IMG/VR virus record: IMGVR_UViG_3300030059_002339
Span: 1 to 34,448 of that record
DNA length: 34,448 bases
From: a virus
Lineage: Duplodnaviria; Caudoviricetes
Direction: 5' to 3' (one strand)
Shown here: piece after piece, positions 17,353 through 26,445 of the stretch
Numbering within the stretch: the first letter of the stretch is position 1
How the letters are laid out: each line of letters begins with the position of its first letter
The notes under the pieces: model-generated
The model's database searches: none
The model's input: the letters and a program-made list of their open reading frames with translations, nothing else
Told to the model about the DNA's origin: nothing
Made by a program: the position numbers and the translations under genes

Positions 17353-17788
17353 AGGTTCAAGCGCTGACGTTTCGCGCTGTGTAGAGATGGCGGAAGATTT
17401 TCATAAAATAGCTTATGGGCTTTTGGGTATTGAGTTTTGCCCAATATCAACAGCGGCATCATTTGAGCTATGTATTGAGCATGGATTGCTAAGTGTTGCC
17501 CAGATTGACGGCTTAGTTGTTGGAATGGTTGCAGGTGTTAAGGCTCCCTTAATGATGAACCATAGCTATTTGGTTGGCGCTGAGTTGGCGTGGTGGGTAG
17601 AGCCTGATCACCGCAAAACTTCGGCGGGTTTAAAGCTGCTTAAATTTGCTGAAAATCTAGCTATTGAGGCGGGTGTTAAAATGTGGTCTATGATGCTATT
17701 GGAGTCGAGCGAGCCAGAAAAGGTGGCTAAGATTTATGATAAAATGGGCTATAAACCAGCAGAACGAACTTATTTAAAGGTGTTTTAG
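17339..17788 (+). CDS. GNAT-family acetyltransferase-fold protein
   Basis: MLIRK...D, ELAWWVEPDHRKTSAGLKLL, IYDKMGY. Confidence 0.85.
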   Translation: MLIRKGSSADVSRCVEMAEDFHKIAYGLLGIEFCPISTAASFELCIEHGLLSVAQIDGLVVGMVAGVKAPLMMNHSYLVGAELAWWVEPDHRKTSAGLKLLKFAENLAIEAGVKMWSMMLLESSEPEKVAKIYDKMGYKPAERTYLKVF

Positions 17789-17790
17789 TT

Positions 17791-18531
17791 ATGGGTATAG
17801 CAACAGCGGCGGCGGTGGCGAGTGTTGCCGTCGGTGTGGGTTCGGTAGTATCGCAAAGAAGCCAAGCCAAGAAACAAGAGAGCGCGGCCAAGAAAGCGGC
17901 GGCTGGACAAGAGGGTGCGGCTATTGAGTCGGCACAATTCCTACAGCAGCAGGGTATCGAGGGTGAGAGACTTGTGCGCGAGGCGGCTATGGAAGCGGCG
18001 GAAACGGCTGGGCAGATACCAGAGCAGGCTATCCAGCCATTACAGCGAACGGCTGACCTTGGGCGCTCTGCTTTTAATAAATCATCTGCTGACATTCTAG
18101 GCGGGCAACCTAACAGCCAAGCGGCTCTATCTCGCATTATTGGCGACACTGCAATGGGTGGCTCCATGGGTGTGCCTACAGGGCAAGGCGTTAGCGACCC
18201 CGTTCAAGCTGAGCTGTTAAGGCAGGCAGGTTTTACAGGTGAGCTTGCGGGGCGTCAATTTAGCGGCGGCTTGGCTGACATGGGACGAATGGGCGTTTTA
18301 GCGGCTGGTGATATTGCTAACATCGAATCAAGAGGCGCAGCAAGAATGGGCGACCTAGCAACACAGCAGGCGTCTGGTCGGGCCTCTTCGCTGGTTGGTG
18401 CTGCGACACCGGCGGCAAATATGATTCAGGGTGCAGGTGAAGCTAGGCTATTATCAGACTTTGCAGGTAATCGACTTAAAACACAAAACGCTGAGCAGCT
18501 TGCACAGCTTGCCGGTAAATACTTGGGGTAA
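17791..18531 (+). CDS. DNA ejection protein, gp7-like (copy A)
   Basis: Ala/Gly-rich hydrophobic N-terminus, AAKKAA, QP motif; first gene of the ejection cluster. Confidence 0.72.
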   Translation: MGIATAAAVASVAVGVGSVVSQRSQAKKQESAAKKAAAGQEGAAIESAQFLQQQGIEGERLVREAAMEAAETAGQIPEQAIQPLQRTADLGRSAFNKSSADILGGQPNSQAALSRIIGDTAMGGSMGVPTGQGVSDPVQAELLRQAGFTGELAGRQFSGGLADMGRMGVLAAGDIANIESRGAARMGDLATQQASGRASSLVGAATPAANMIQGAGEARLLSDFAGNRLKTQNAEQLAQLAGKYLG

Positions 18532-18534
18532 TTT

Positions 18535-19527
18535 ATGGCTATTGATTTAGGGTTAAACAACAGATCAAGATATGCGGTTGGCGGCCCTGATGTTTATGAT
18601 GGAGCAGCTGGTTACACTGGGGCGGGAGCATCTAACGGGCCAAGATTGGGGCAACAGGCACAGCTTGGCCCAGCAAGTGCGGGAACCTTTAACGGCATAG
18701 ATTACGGCTCAACACCTAATCAAAGGGCTAACGCTCAGAACATTGATGATATTATCAAGCAATCCCAGCCTGTAGCAGAGGATATATTAAGGGCTGGCAC
18801 AGATTCAGCTCTTAACTTCTCAAGAGGTTCGCAGGCTAACGTAGAAGACTCGCTTTCTCAGTTCCTTAACCCGCAAGCGTTAGAAGAGCAGTCTGCTCTA
18901 TTGGGCGCAAGTGGCGCTGACGCTCAACAGGCGGCCATTGCCGGTATTCCAGTTAGTGCGGCACAAGTAGAGGCTGACAGGCGTGAAAGGGTGGGAATGC
19001 AACGCAGGGCGGCGGCCGGTGGTGAGCTTGGCGCAGGTTCAACTATGTTGGCATCTGGGCAGCTTGCAGGACAACAGCAAACCAATCGTGTGGCTAATCG
19101 AATAGAGCAATTAGAGCAATTGGCGGGCATTGATCGTCAGTTAATTGGTGATATTTCTCGCAATCGTGAATCTGAGCTGGCTAGGCAATCGGCATTACAA
19201 GCTGGGCTTGGTGGTCAGATTGCTAATGTTGGCTTTGGTCTAGCTGGCCCTGCTGTCGAATCTATTCAGACGCAGGCTGAAATCTCAGGCTTACGCGGCA
19301 TAGCATCAGCACAGCGGTCGGCTGATAACGCTAGCTCTATCGCTAACCTAGCAGGTCAGGTTTTCACGCCTAGCAATATCACAAGCGCAGCTAACTTTTT
19401 TAGCCCAACGCCGACACAGACAACGCCGACATACATACCAACACAAACAGGGCGGACAAACGTAAACTTTAGCCCAGCTGGTAGCGGTAACCTTAATTAC
19501 AGCCCAACCCCACAAATTCAGTTTTAA
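18535..19527 (+). CDS. DNA ejection protein, gp7-like (copy B)
   Basis: Ala/Gly/Gln-rich; ALLG..GADAQ..AI and RRAAAGG..GAG; C-terminal part resembles 17791-18531. Confidence 0.65.
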   Translation: MAIDLGLNNRSRYAVGGPDVYDGAAGYTGAGASNGPRLGQQAQLGPASAGTFNGIDYGSTPNQRANAQNIDDIIKQSQPVAEDILRAGTDSALNFSRGSQANVEDSLSQFLNPQALEEQSALLGASGADAQQAAIAGIPVSAAQVEADRRERVGMQRRAAAGGELGAGSTMLASGQLAGQQQTNRVANRIEQLEQLAGIDRQLIGDISRNRESELARQSALQAGLGGQIANVGFGLAGPAVESIQTQAEISGLRGIASAQRSADNASSIANLAGQVFTPSNITSAANFFSPTPTQTTPTYIPTQTGRTNVNFSPAGSGNLNYSPTPQIQF

Positions 19528-19536
19528 GGTAATAAC

Positions 19537-20724
19537 ATGGCTATTTCACAAGCAGTCGCACAGGCAATACTTAGGCAGAAAACCCCAGACATTATGGGAG
19601 CGTTTGAGCGGGGCCAAGAAACGGCTTTTAAGCGACAGGAACGCGACAGGCAGGAAAAGATAAGCGAATTGTCTGGAATGGCGATACAGGGCAGCGAGGG
19701 GGCTATGGGCGACCTTTCCGACTTAGATGCAACTGCTGCCCTAAAGATACAGGAGGCGCTTGGAGTTCGTGACAAGAGTGCTTTGGAGCGAATGTATATT
19801 GACGCAAAACAGGGTCTAAACTTGCTGACAGAAGGTCGAACGCAAGATACCCTGGCGCTTGTCAGGAATAGGTTGCGTTACCAGCGGCAAATGGGCGTAT
19901 TTGACAATTCGCAAACGGAAAATATTGAGCGATTGCTGTCAGAAGGTAAAGACAAGGAGGCGCTGGCTTCTCTGTCTAGCTTTGTTAGCTCAATAGATAG
20001 CCTTAAAGGTGGGCAGCAGGGCGCGACAAGCAGACAGCAAGAGTGGGCGCAGTTTGAAGCTATGCCAGAAAGCACCGAGCAAGAAAGGAAGAAGAAGCAA
20101 GAATATGGTCAACTTGTCGGCATTTACACAATCAAAAAAGATAGAGTGACACCTGACCAACTAAGGGATGAGGAGCAGGCAAAAGTTGAGGGTAAAATAC
20201 AGGGCAAAATTAATCTTGAGAGCGAACTCATAACTAAAATAAACCAGGCCGAAGCATTAGCGAAAGCGAAGGGCGAAACCTTCACTGATCTAGCTAAACT
20301 AGAGTCGGCCTTGCCGTTTGTGCTTGAGTCTGTCAGTGAATTGAAAGCTTTAGCACCAATAGCAACCAACACTGTTGGCGGCAAGGCTTGGGATTATGCG
20401 GTAAAACAGTCAGGCTTTGGGTCAACTAAGGGAGCGAATGCTAGGACTGGCTTTCAATCTATTGTCTCGAATCAGATTTTACCACTGCTTAAATCTACAT
20501 TTGGAGCGGCGTTTACAGAGACAGAAGGTGCAAAGCTAGAGGCGACTCTTGGCGAAGTAGATGCAACGCCAGAGCAAAAGATAATAGCTTTGGATGCTTA
20601 TATTTCGCAGCAGTACAGAAATATAAAATCTAAAAAATCGGAAGTTGATATTTTGGGTGGCGAACTATCAGCAACAACACAGCCGGATAGTCAGGTTGGG
20701 CGATTTAATGTGAGGGCTAAATAA
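19537..20724 (+). CDS. DNA ejection protein, gp20-like
   Basis: Helical; LKSTFGAAFTETEGAKL motif; position in the ejection cluster. Confidence 0.7.
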   Translation: MAISQAVAQAILRQKTPDIMGAFERGQETAFKRQERDRQEKISELSGMAIQGSEGAMGDLSDLDATAALKIQEALGVRDKSALERMYIDAKQGLNLLTEGRTQDTLALVRNRLRYQRQMGVFDNSQTENIERLLSEGKDKEALASLSSFVSSIDSLKGGQQGATSRQQEWAQFEAMPESTEQERKKKQEYGQLVGIYTIKKDRVTPDQLRDEEQAKVEGKIQGKINLESELITKINQAEALAKAKGETFTDLAKLESALPFVLESVSELKALAPIATNTVGGKAWDYAVKQSGFGSTKGANARTGFQSIVSNQILPLLKSTFGAAFTETEGAKLEATLGEVDATPEQKIIALDAYISQQYRNIKSKKSEVDILGGELSATTQPDSQVGRFNVRAK

Positions 20725-22538
20725 TGCCTGTATATGAAGTGACAGACCCTAAGACTGGGCAAACGCTAGAGCTAGAAGGTGACTCACCACCAACAGAGCA
20801 AGAGCTAATTGATATATTTTCTCAGTTTGATGGGGGCAAAGATGATGGTGGAATGGGTACAGGTGGCAATGCTGGCGATAATAATATGGCTCCTATGGTA
20901 GCAGAGCCATCATTTGGCCGCGAGATGCTATCAGGGTTAGAGCTTGCGGGTACTGTTGCTAGTGGTTTCGCAGCGGAGCCTGTCGCCGGCATTGCTGGTG
21001 GATTGGCAGCCCTGAACCCTTTCGCTGATGAGGGCGCGGGTGCTAGAACTGTAGAAACTGTCAGGGGTATGGCTTATAAGCCTAGAATGGCAGAGACAAA
21101 AAGAGCAATGCAGGGTATTGGCGGCGCTGCCTCTGATGTTGGTAAGTTTGTCACAGAGAATGTAACCAAACCTTTAGGCGTGGACGATTTGAGTGGTAGA
21201 GCACTAGAGGCCACAGGTAGTCCGGCACTAGCAACGCTTGTTGATGTCGTGCCTGTCGCTATTGCTTCGATGTTACCAGCTACCAGCGCAATTAAAAATG
21301 TTGTGGGTGGCACTAAAAACAAGATTGTAGATTCTAGGCGATACGCCAAAGAGTCTAAAAAATTAATTGCTGATGAGATAAGAAAGGGCAACCCGCAAAT
21401 AGACCTAGTAACAAAGGTGCTTGATGAGAATGGAAACCTCACAAGGAGTCCGGCATCCAAGTCGGCGGTAAACCAGTTAAGCCGCGTGATAAATAAGGAT
21501 AGGGTCAAGGGCGCAGTGGCTGTTATGGAAAACATGTCTACAGGCTCAAAGAAAATATTTAATGACATGCTTAATGATGTTAAGCGGGGCAATAATGAAC
21601 CGATGTTTAAGGGTTCAAACCCAATAAGCAATAGAGTTGGACAAGCTATTTCCGCTAGAGCGCAATCAGTAAAGGATATAAACGCTAAGGCTAGCGAGCA
21701 AATAGGAAAGATTGCAGAATCACTAGAAAACAAGAATGTTGATATTTCCGCACCAATAAGGCAGTTTGAAAATAAATTAAGGGAGTTTGGCGTAACCTTT
21801 TCAAGAGGTGACGACGGATGGATAACACCAGATTTTTCTCGGTCAAAGTTTAAGGGCGGAAACCAGAAGGACATGACTGTGCTGGTTAATGATCTGCTGA
21901 ACACAAACCCTAGCTTTTTAAACGCTCACGACTTGAAGAGAGAAATTAGGGGTAATCTTGACTATGACGTTGGCGGCAAAGATAAAATAACAGGCGACTC
22001 AGAAAGGGCTTTAAAACAATTATCCTCTGGTATAGATGAGGTTTTAGACTCAACATCCCAGACTTATAAAAAATCCAACGAGACATTTGCCGACACCATC
22101 GAGATTAAGGAAGATTGGCAAAAGCTGGCAGGTAAAGATGTGGATTTCAATAGCCCTATTTCTTCTGAAAAACTGGGATTAATTGGTAGGCGGCTTGATT
22201 CAAACGCCACATCATCAGCAGCAATAAGGGGTTTGATAGAACAAACAAACTCGACTCTAGGAAAGTACGGGAAGAAGCCGACTGATGACGTTTTTCATTT
22301 GAATTACATGTCAACGCAGCTGGAAGATTTGTTCGGTCTGACAAAATCAAACTCATTTCAGGGTGGTATCGAGAGAGCAAACCGAGGTAGCGCTGGCCTA
22401 GTTGGAGCCTTAGAGCCTGCGGCAATGGCTGCGGTGGCCGCTGATGCTGGTGTTGGCAAGTTGGCAAAAATGAGACAGCCAAGCTTCAATAAAAAAATAC
22501 AAATCTTGCGTGAATTAAACAAACAAAAGGCCAAATAG
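20724..22538 (+). CDS. Large DNA ejection protein, gp16 position
   Basis: MPVYEVTDP.TG..LELEGDSPPTEQEL N-terminus; 604 aa, largely helical. Confidence 0.7.
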   Translation: MPVYEVTDPKTGQTLELEGDSPPTEQELIDIFSQFDGGKDDGGMGTGGNAGDNNMAPMVAEPSFGREMLSGLELAGTVASGFAAEPVAGIAGGLAALNPFADEGAGARTVETVRGMAYKPRMAETKRAMQGIGGAASDVGKFVTENVTKPLGVDDLSGRALEATGSPALATLVDVVPVAIASMLPATSAIKNVVGGTKNKIVDSRRYAKESKKLIADEIRKGNPQIDLVTKVLDENGNLTRSPASKSAVNQLSRVINKDRVKGAVAVMENMSTGSKKIFNDMLNDVKRGNNEPMFKGSNPISNRVGQAISARAQSVKDINAKASEQIGKIAESLENKNVDISAPIRQFENKLREFGVTFSRGDDGWITPDFSRSKFKGGNQKDMTVLVNDLLNTNPSFLNAHDLKREIRGNLDYDVGGKDKITGDSERALKQLSSGIDEVLDSTSQTYKKSNETFADTIEIKEDWQKLAGKDVDFNSPISSEKLGLIGRRLDSNATSSAAIRGLIEQTNSTLGKYGKKPTDDVFHLNYMSTQLEDLFGLTKSNSFQGGIERANRGSAGLVGALEPAAMAAVAADAGVGKLAKMRQPSFNKKIQILRELNKQKAK

Positions 22539-22539
22539 A

Positions 22540-23130
22540 ATGCCCAGATTTATAAACCCAGTACCACAATATCTTAATAGCGCAGGCGACCCAATAGTTT
22601 CGGGTGAAATGTACTTTTATGAAATTGGCTCAGTTACGCCCAAAGATACCTATCTTGACGCTGAGCTGACGATACCAGCCTCAAACCCTGTGCTATTAAA
22701 TGCTGATGGACGGCTCCCTGATACCTATTTGCTTGGCTCTTATCGAACACGGTTAAGCGAGCCTTCAACGGGTCAGGTTTGGGAGCGTGACAATGTAGGT
22801 TCTGAGTTTTCGGAAGGTTACGGTTCAGGCTGGAATGATACGATCACATACAATATACCGGATGTTGTCTTATTTGACGGCAACTATTATCAGAGCTTAA
22901 CAAACAACAATTTAGGCAACCAGCCAAGCGCTGGCTCTAGTGATTGGGTTTCTGCCAACTATATACCAGATGACACTGGCGAAAATTTAAAAGGCAGCGA
23001 TTTAGCACAGCTAGGCAATACACCAAACTTTACAAACGGCATACAGATCGGCGGCGTTAGCTTAAGCATCGTTAACGGAAAGCTGGTTGTAGACTCTGAA
23101 ATAATAGCCGACGATTTTGGGATTGAGTGA
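22540..23130 (+). CDS. Short tail fibre: head/tail-binding N-domain plus CBM5/12-like motif
   Basis: GDP..SG.MYFYEIGS.TPKDTY...NPVLLNADGR; WNDTITY..DVV...YYQSL..N.GNQP...W. Confidence 0.75.
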   Translation: MPRFINPVPQYLNSAGDPIVSGEMYFYEIGSVTPKDTYLDAELTIPASNPVLLNADGRLPDTYLLGSYRTRLSEPSTGQVWERDNVGSEFSEGYGSGWNDTITYNIPDVVLFDGNYYQSLTNNNLGNQPSAGSSDWVSANYIPDDTGENLKGSDLAQLGNTPNFTNGIQIGGVSLSIVNGKLVVDSEIIADDFGIE

Positions 23131-23978
23131 TGCCAGTACCAAGTAACCCAAGATTAAGCGAGGTTCAAGATGAATTTAGCGCACCAGCATCAGCCAAGCT
23201 TTCGGCATTTTATCGCGGCGGTTCGTATGTGCCAGACACCTCGGTCAATAATGGCGTTCCGCAAAGCGGCGAGCTATATCTAAGTGACCTTGTTGGGGCT
23301 TCGGCATATACAGATATGACGCTTACAATCTCAGGAGATCCGACCCCAAACGGTTCGTGTACCGGCGCAAATGAGCCGTGCACAGCAACAACCGACTCAA
23401 TAACTTGCACCGTCTCGGGCGGCTCATCTCCTTACACTATAACCACGGAGAAGCGGCCAGGCTATACTGATTTTACTGTTATCGAGGGGGCTCAGGGCGC
23501 AGACTCAAGAACATTTGAATACAGAACAACAAACTCTGACAGCTCTATAACATACAGCTCACAGTATAGAATAAAGGTTGTTGATTCAACTGGGTCGGTT
23601 GCCCGCACAGCTTACTTTGCCGTTTCTAATGTCCACACTTACCAGTATTCAAATCTTATTCTTGGGGGGACAAGTTCAATATTCGCTGAGATGCCCCTTA
23701 CGGGTAGTGAGCAAGGTGTAGCTTATGGCGATTACACCGTAACCGGCGCGGGTGTTGGTGTTCCCTCCGTTAGCTTTGCGGTTTTATCTGGTAGCGTGTA
23801 TCAGTCGGCTACAACATCCATTATTGACAAGACGGCGAATGGTTTTCGTATAAAGCAAACGTCAGGCGTCAATACTGGGGGAGGTAGCTGGGACACAAGC
23901 TGGGTAATAAGGGTTACAGCGTCAAGAAATGGAAAGACAGACACAAAAGATGTGACAATAAGGGTCAAGGGACAGTAG
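23130..23978 (+). CDS. Putative receptor-binding tip/adhesin protein
   Basis: LSEVQDEF...LSAFYRGGSYVP...VPQSGELYLSDL N-terminus; Ig-like VSGGSSPYT; TGATG coupling. Confidence 0.65.
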   Translation: MPVPSNPRLSEVQDEFSAPASAKLSAFYRGGSYVPDTSVNNGVPQSGELYLSDLVGASAYTDMTLTISGDPTPNGSCTGANEPCTATTDSITCTVSGGSSPYTITTEKRPGYTDFTVIEGAQGADSRTFEYRTTNSDSSITYSSQYRIKVVDSTGSVARTAYFAVSNVHTYQYSNLILGGTSSIFAEMPLTGSEQGVAYGDYTVTGAGVGVPSVSFAVLSGSVYQSATTSIIDKTANGFRIKQTSGVNTGGGSWDTSWVIRVTASRNGKTDTKDVTIRVKGQ

Positions 23979-23988
23979 CGTTAAAGAT

Positions 23989-24015
23989 AAGGGGCTATTG
24001 CAGCCCCTTTTTTTA
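23989..24015. terminator. Bidirectional terminator AAGGGGCT-ATTGC-AGCCCCTT-TTTTT between convergent operons
   Basis: 8-bp stem, U-tract on + strand, convergent stops on both sides. Confidence 0.9.
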
Positions 24016-24026
24016 TATCCCGCTTA

Positions 24027-24539
24027 TTATCGCGGATTATTAAAAGGTATGTCGTCGTCAAACTGCTGTGCTTGCGGGTGCTGTGCTGCCTGTTGTGCCA
24101 GTGTTGGCATCTGTTGCATCTGCTGAGGTGCGAATGCTTGCGGCTGATGTGTGGCTTGCTGGGCTTGCTGAGTTAAGCTGTTATTTGTAAGACCTTGCGG
24201 CGTTTGTGGTGGCTGCTGTGGCGCGAATTGCTGCGGCGCTTGCTGTTGTGGTGGCGCTTGCTGGAAGCCCTGAGTTGGTGCTTGGCCTGCCTGCTGTGGA
24301 GCTTGGCCGCCTTCAACCCAGAAGACTTTGCCGTTACCCAGAATATTACCTTTAACGCCCTGCTCTTTTTCTTCCTTTTTTACGTCTTGGGTGATCATGC
24401 CGCTATTGCCGTATTGATCAAGCTCAGCAAGGTCGACAAATATCGTGCAATCCAGATAATTACCTTTTGCCCCGTTGAATAGTCGATTCATATCAATTTG
24501 CGATGTGTTGATTTTTAAACTTAATCCGATTTTACTCAT
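24027..24539 (-). CDS. Single-stranded DNA-binding protein-like (non-canonical N-domain, Gln/Pro linker, acidic tip)
   Basis: C-terminal FDDDIPF; last gene of the recombination operon. Confidence 0.7.
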   Translation of the reverse strand: MSKIGLSLKINTSQIDMNRLFNGAKGNYLDCTIFVDLAELDQYGNSGMITQDVKKEEKEQGVKGNILGNGKVFWVEGGQAPQQAGQAPTQGFQQAPPQQQAPQQFAPQQPPQTPQGLTNNSLTQQAQQATHQPQAFAPQQMQQMPTLAQQAAQHPQAQQFDDDIPFNNPR

Positions 24540-24557
24540 ATTCTAATGCTCTCTGTT

Positions 24558-25058
24558 TTAGTTAATTTTTAATGTGTCAGGGCCAGCAACTAACGCGGCA
24601 CCCTCGATTGTTTCACCGGCTTTAATAGCACGAGTGATTGCGGTCTTATCCGGCGCGGTTGTGGTTTTAGTCACAAGCCACTTTTCGGCCAAATCGCCAC
24701 TGATTTCACAATGCTTTGACCCCTTCTTTATCTTCGCAGTATGCAAGCCCTCGCCAGCTTCGCTGTGCTGAAGTTTAGCCATCTGATTGAGCAGATAGCC
24801 AGTGTAGAATTCTCGGCACTTACGCGCTGCCTTGGCGCGCCTTATAAGCTTGTCGGCCTCGGTTTTATACGTAGTCTCATTTGCTGCCAGATTCTTAATG
24901 TGAGCAATAACACCAACGGTTTTAACTTTGTGTTGATCTAGCACGGCGGCGAGGCTATCGTCATATTCTGCCTCAGTGATAACCTCATTGCCCAGCATCT
25001 CGGTCAAGCATCGCTGTGCTGCTGTTAGCTCATCAGTTAGCTCATATAATGAAGCCAT
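24558..25058 (-). CDS. Siphovirus Gp157-like protein
   Basis: MASLYELT start, IKNL....YK.EADKL..R, PDKTAITRAIKAGETIEGAAL; true start 25058. Confidence 0.8.
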   Translation of the reverse strand: MASLYELTDELTAAQRCLTEMLGNEVITEAEYDDSLAAVLDQHKVKTVGVIAHIKNLAANETTYKTEADKLIRRAKAARKCREFYTGYLLNQMAKLQHSEAGEGLHTAKIKKGSKHCEISGDLAEKWLVTKTTTAPDKTAITRAIKAGETIEGAALVAGPDTLKIN

Positions 25059-25216
25059 TATGCGAACCCCATCCAAATCATAAAGCCGTGGATTATCGCA
25101 ATAGGAAACAATATTGCACCAGAGACCAAGAAACCCCACGCGGCTGTACTCAGGCAAATGATCACATGAGTAACCCAGGCCGCCAAACATAAAAATACAA
25201 ATGCTACCTGAAACAT
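25058..25216 (-). CDS. Small 2-TM membrane protein (52 aa), absent from the ORF track
   Basis: Translated by hand: MFQVAFVFLCLAAWVTHVIICLSTAAWGFLVSGAILFPIAIIHGFMIWMGFA; AGGGG RBS; TAATG coupling. Confidence 0.75.
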   Translation of the reverse strand: MFQVAFVFLCLAAWVTHVIICLSTAAWGFLVSGAILFPIAIIHGFMIWMGFA

Positions 25217-25218
25217 AA

Positions 25219-25764
25219 TTAAACCCCTGCCTGTTCTTTAATGAATGCGCGATAATCGACATCTTTTATCTGATTTAAAAATGCCGAGTCGGTTCTTACA
25301 GCGCCAATCCAGTCTTTAGCAATGTCGTCAACCTCATAAACTACCGGCTCGGCAAACTCTGCTTTCATCTCCTCAACGTATTTATTGTCGTCAAATTTGC
25401 CAAGAAATACATCAGCGTTAAACCCCAGATGGCTTATCGCTTTTGTTAAGCCGTCAGTCATTGATTTTTTAGGCGCGTCAGTATCTAAGCGCTTGCTCGA
25501 CATATCCGCGCATCCAGCAAAAGGGCCAAACTTATTAATGCGATCACCGTGCCACAAGGTGACAAGGCAGATAACTACAGGGCCTTGAAATATGTACTCG
25601 CAATCATAACCCCACCCTATACCAACAGGTCCAAACTGCTTTGTCGCTGCCTGTATTTGATAGTGGGCATCAATAGCGGTAAAACCGCCTCGCTGGTTGA
25701 CGGTTTTTGTATGGCTTGGGTCGGTCTTATTAACAGAATCCCATAAAGTCATATTATCACTCAC
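25219..25764 (-). CDS. Rad52/Sak-like single-strand annealing protein
   Basis: TAIDAHYQI..AT.QFGPVGIGWG and DAPKKSMTDGLTKAISHLGFNADVFLG motifs. Confidence 0.8.
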   Translation of the reverse strand: MSDNMTLWDSVNKTDPSHTKTVNQRGGFTAIDAHYQIQAATKQFGPVGIGWGYDCEYIFQGPVVICLVTLWHGDRINKFGPFAGCADMSSKRLDTDAPKKSMTDGLTKAISHLGFNADVFLGKFDDNKYVEEMKAEFAEPVVYEVDDIAKDWIGAVRTDSAFLNQIKDVDYRAFIKEQAGV

Positions 25765-25910
25765 GATTTACCCTCTGTTAATGCTGTTAAGTTTTGTTCG
25801 TGCTGATGTTGGGAAGAGTAGCCCGCGTCATAATCAGCGCCTTTTCCCGCTTTATGCTCAACACCCATAATGCAATCATTCGCGCCCTGTAAAAACTCTG
25901 ATGTATTCAT
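25761..25910 (-). CDS. Hypothetical protein (49 aa, MNTSEFLQGANDC...)
   Basis: Translated by hand; ATGA/GTGA overlaps with both neighbours. Confidence 0.6.
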   Translation of the reverse strand: MNTSEFLQGANDCIMGVEHKAGKGADYDAGYSSQHQHEQNLTALTEGKS

Positions 25911-26020
25911 TTCTTCACCTGTGCTTGCATCCATTGCTCAGCCAATGCTTTCGCCTGTTGAACGGTGTAGTGGCGCATAACTAAATCACGCCCCTGAAAG
26001 TGGAATTTATGAAGTTTCAC
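25907..26020 (-). CDS. Hypothetical protein (37 aa, MKLHKFHFQGRDL...)
   Basis: Translated by hand; GTGA/ATGA overlaps; AGGGG RBS. Confidence 0.55.
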   Translation of the reverse strand: MKLHKFHFQGRDLVMRHYTVQQAKALAEQWMQAQVKK

Positions 26021-26331
26021 GACAATTCCCCTGCGACCTTGCCGATCTCGGAGGATACAGAGGTAAGAACAGCCACTTTGATCTCTGCAAAATCACCGGT
26101 TTTTATATCACGCTGGCAGTTGATCTTTTCACCTGTGCCGATGTTAAAAATAGCATTCCAGAAATCCTCGTTTTGAATCAGTGAATCAATAGCTATCGCC
26201 TTTATATCCTCGTCGCCATTGCTCAGGCTGTTAAATATTTGTTCTTTAGCCTCGCTGAATGCCTCGGTGGTGAAATGCTCTTTGTATGTCTCGTCGCCGT
26301 GTGTTGCATCGTTATTCTGTAAATCAATCAT
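26017..26331 (-). CDS. Hypothetical acidic protein, first gene of the leftward operon (104 aa)
   Basis: GAGGGGAAG RBS before ATG 26331. Confidence 0.7.
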   Translation of the reverse strand: MIDLQNNDATHGDETYKEHFTTEAFSEAKEQIFNSLSNGDEDIKAIAIDSLIQNEDFWNAIFNIGTGEKINCQRDIKTGDFAEIKVAVLTSVSSEIGKVAGELS

Positions 26332-26359
26332 TTTCTTCCCCTCGGTTGTCGATGTGTGA

Positions 26360-26388
26360 ATATTAAGCCTTAAATTCGATATGGTCAA
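26360..26388 (-). promoter_or_regulatory. Leftward early promoter TTGACC-17-TAATAT
   Basis: Hexamers read on the minus strand in the divergent intergenic region. Confidence 0.65.
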
Positions 26389-26392
26389 GGTA

Positions 26393-26420
26393 TTGCTAGA
26401 ATATTTATTTGTGCTATGAT
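26393..26420 (+). promoter_or_regulatory. Rightward early promoter TTGCTA-16-TATGAT with TGn extension
   Basis: Back-to-back with the leftward promoter. Confidence 0.65.
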
Positions 26421-26445
26421 TCGTAAAACTAAACGGGAGAACGCA

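Noticed and set aside
21074-21904. 276-aa minus-strand ORF (and other antisense ORFs in the structural module)
   Set aside because: Fully antisense to well-supported genes, no recognisable motifs or RBS; typical shadow ORFs
24060-24310. TGC/TGT-rich repeats and the 24195-24482 + strand ORF
   Set aside because: Reverse complement of the Gln/Pro linker codons of the SSB-like gene
25059-25262. 68-aa N-terminal extension of the Gp157-like ORF in the track
   Set aside because: Region is better explained by a separate 52-aa membrane gene in another frame with TAATG coupling to MASLYELT
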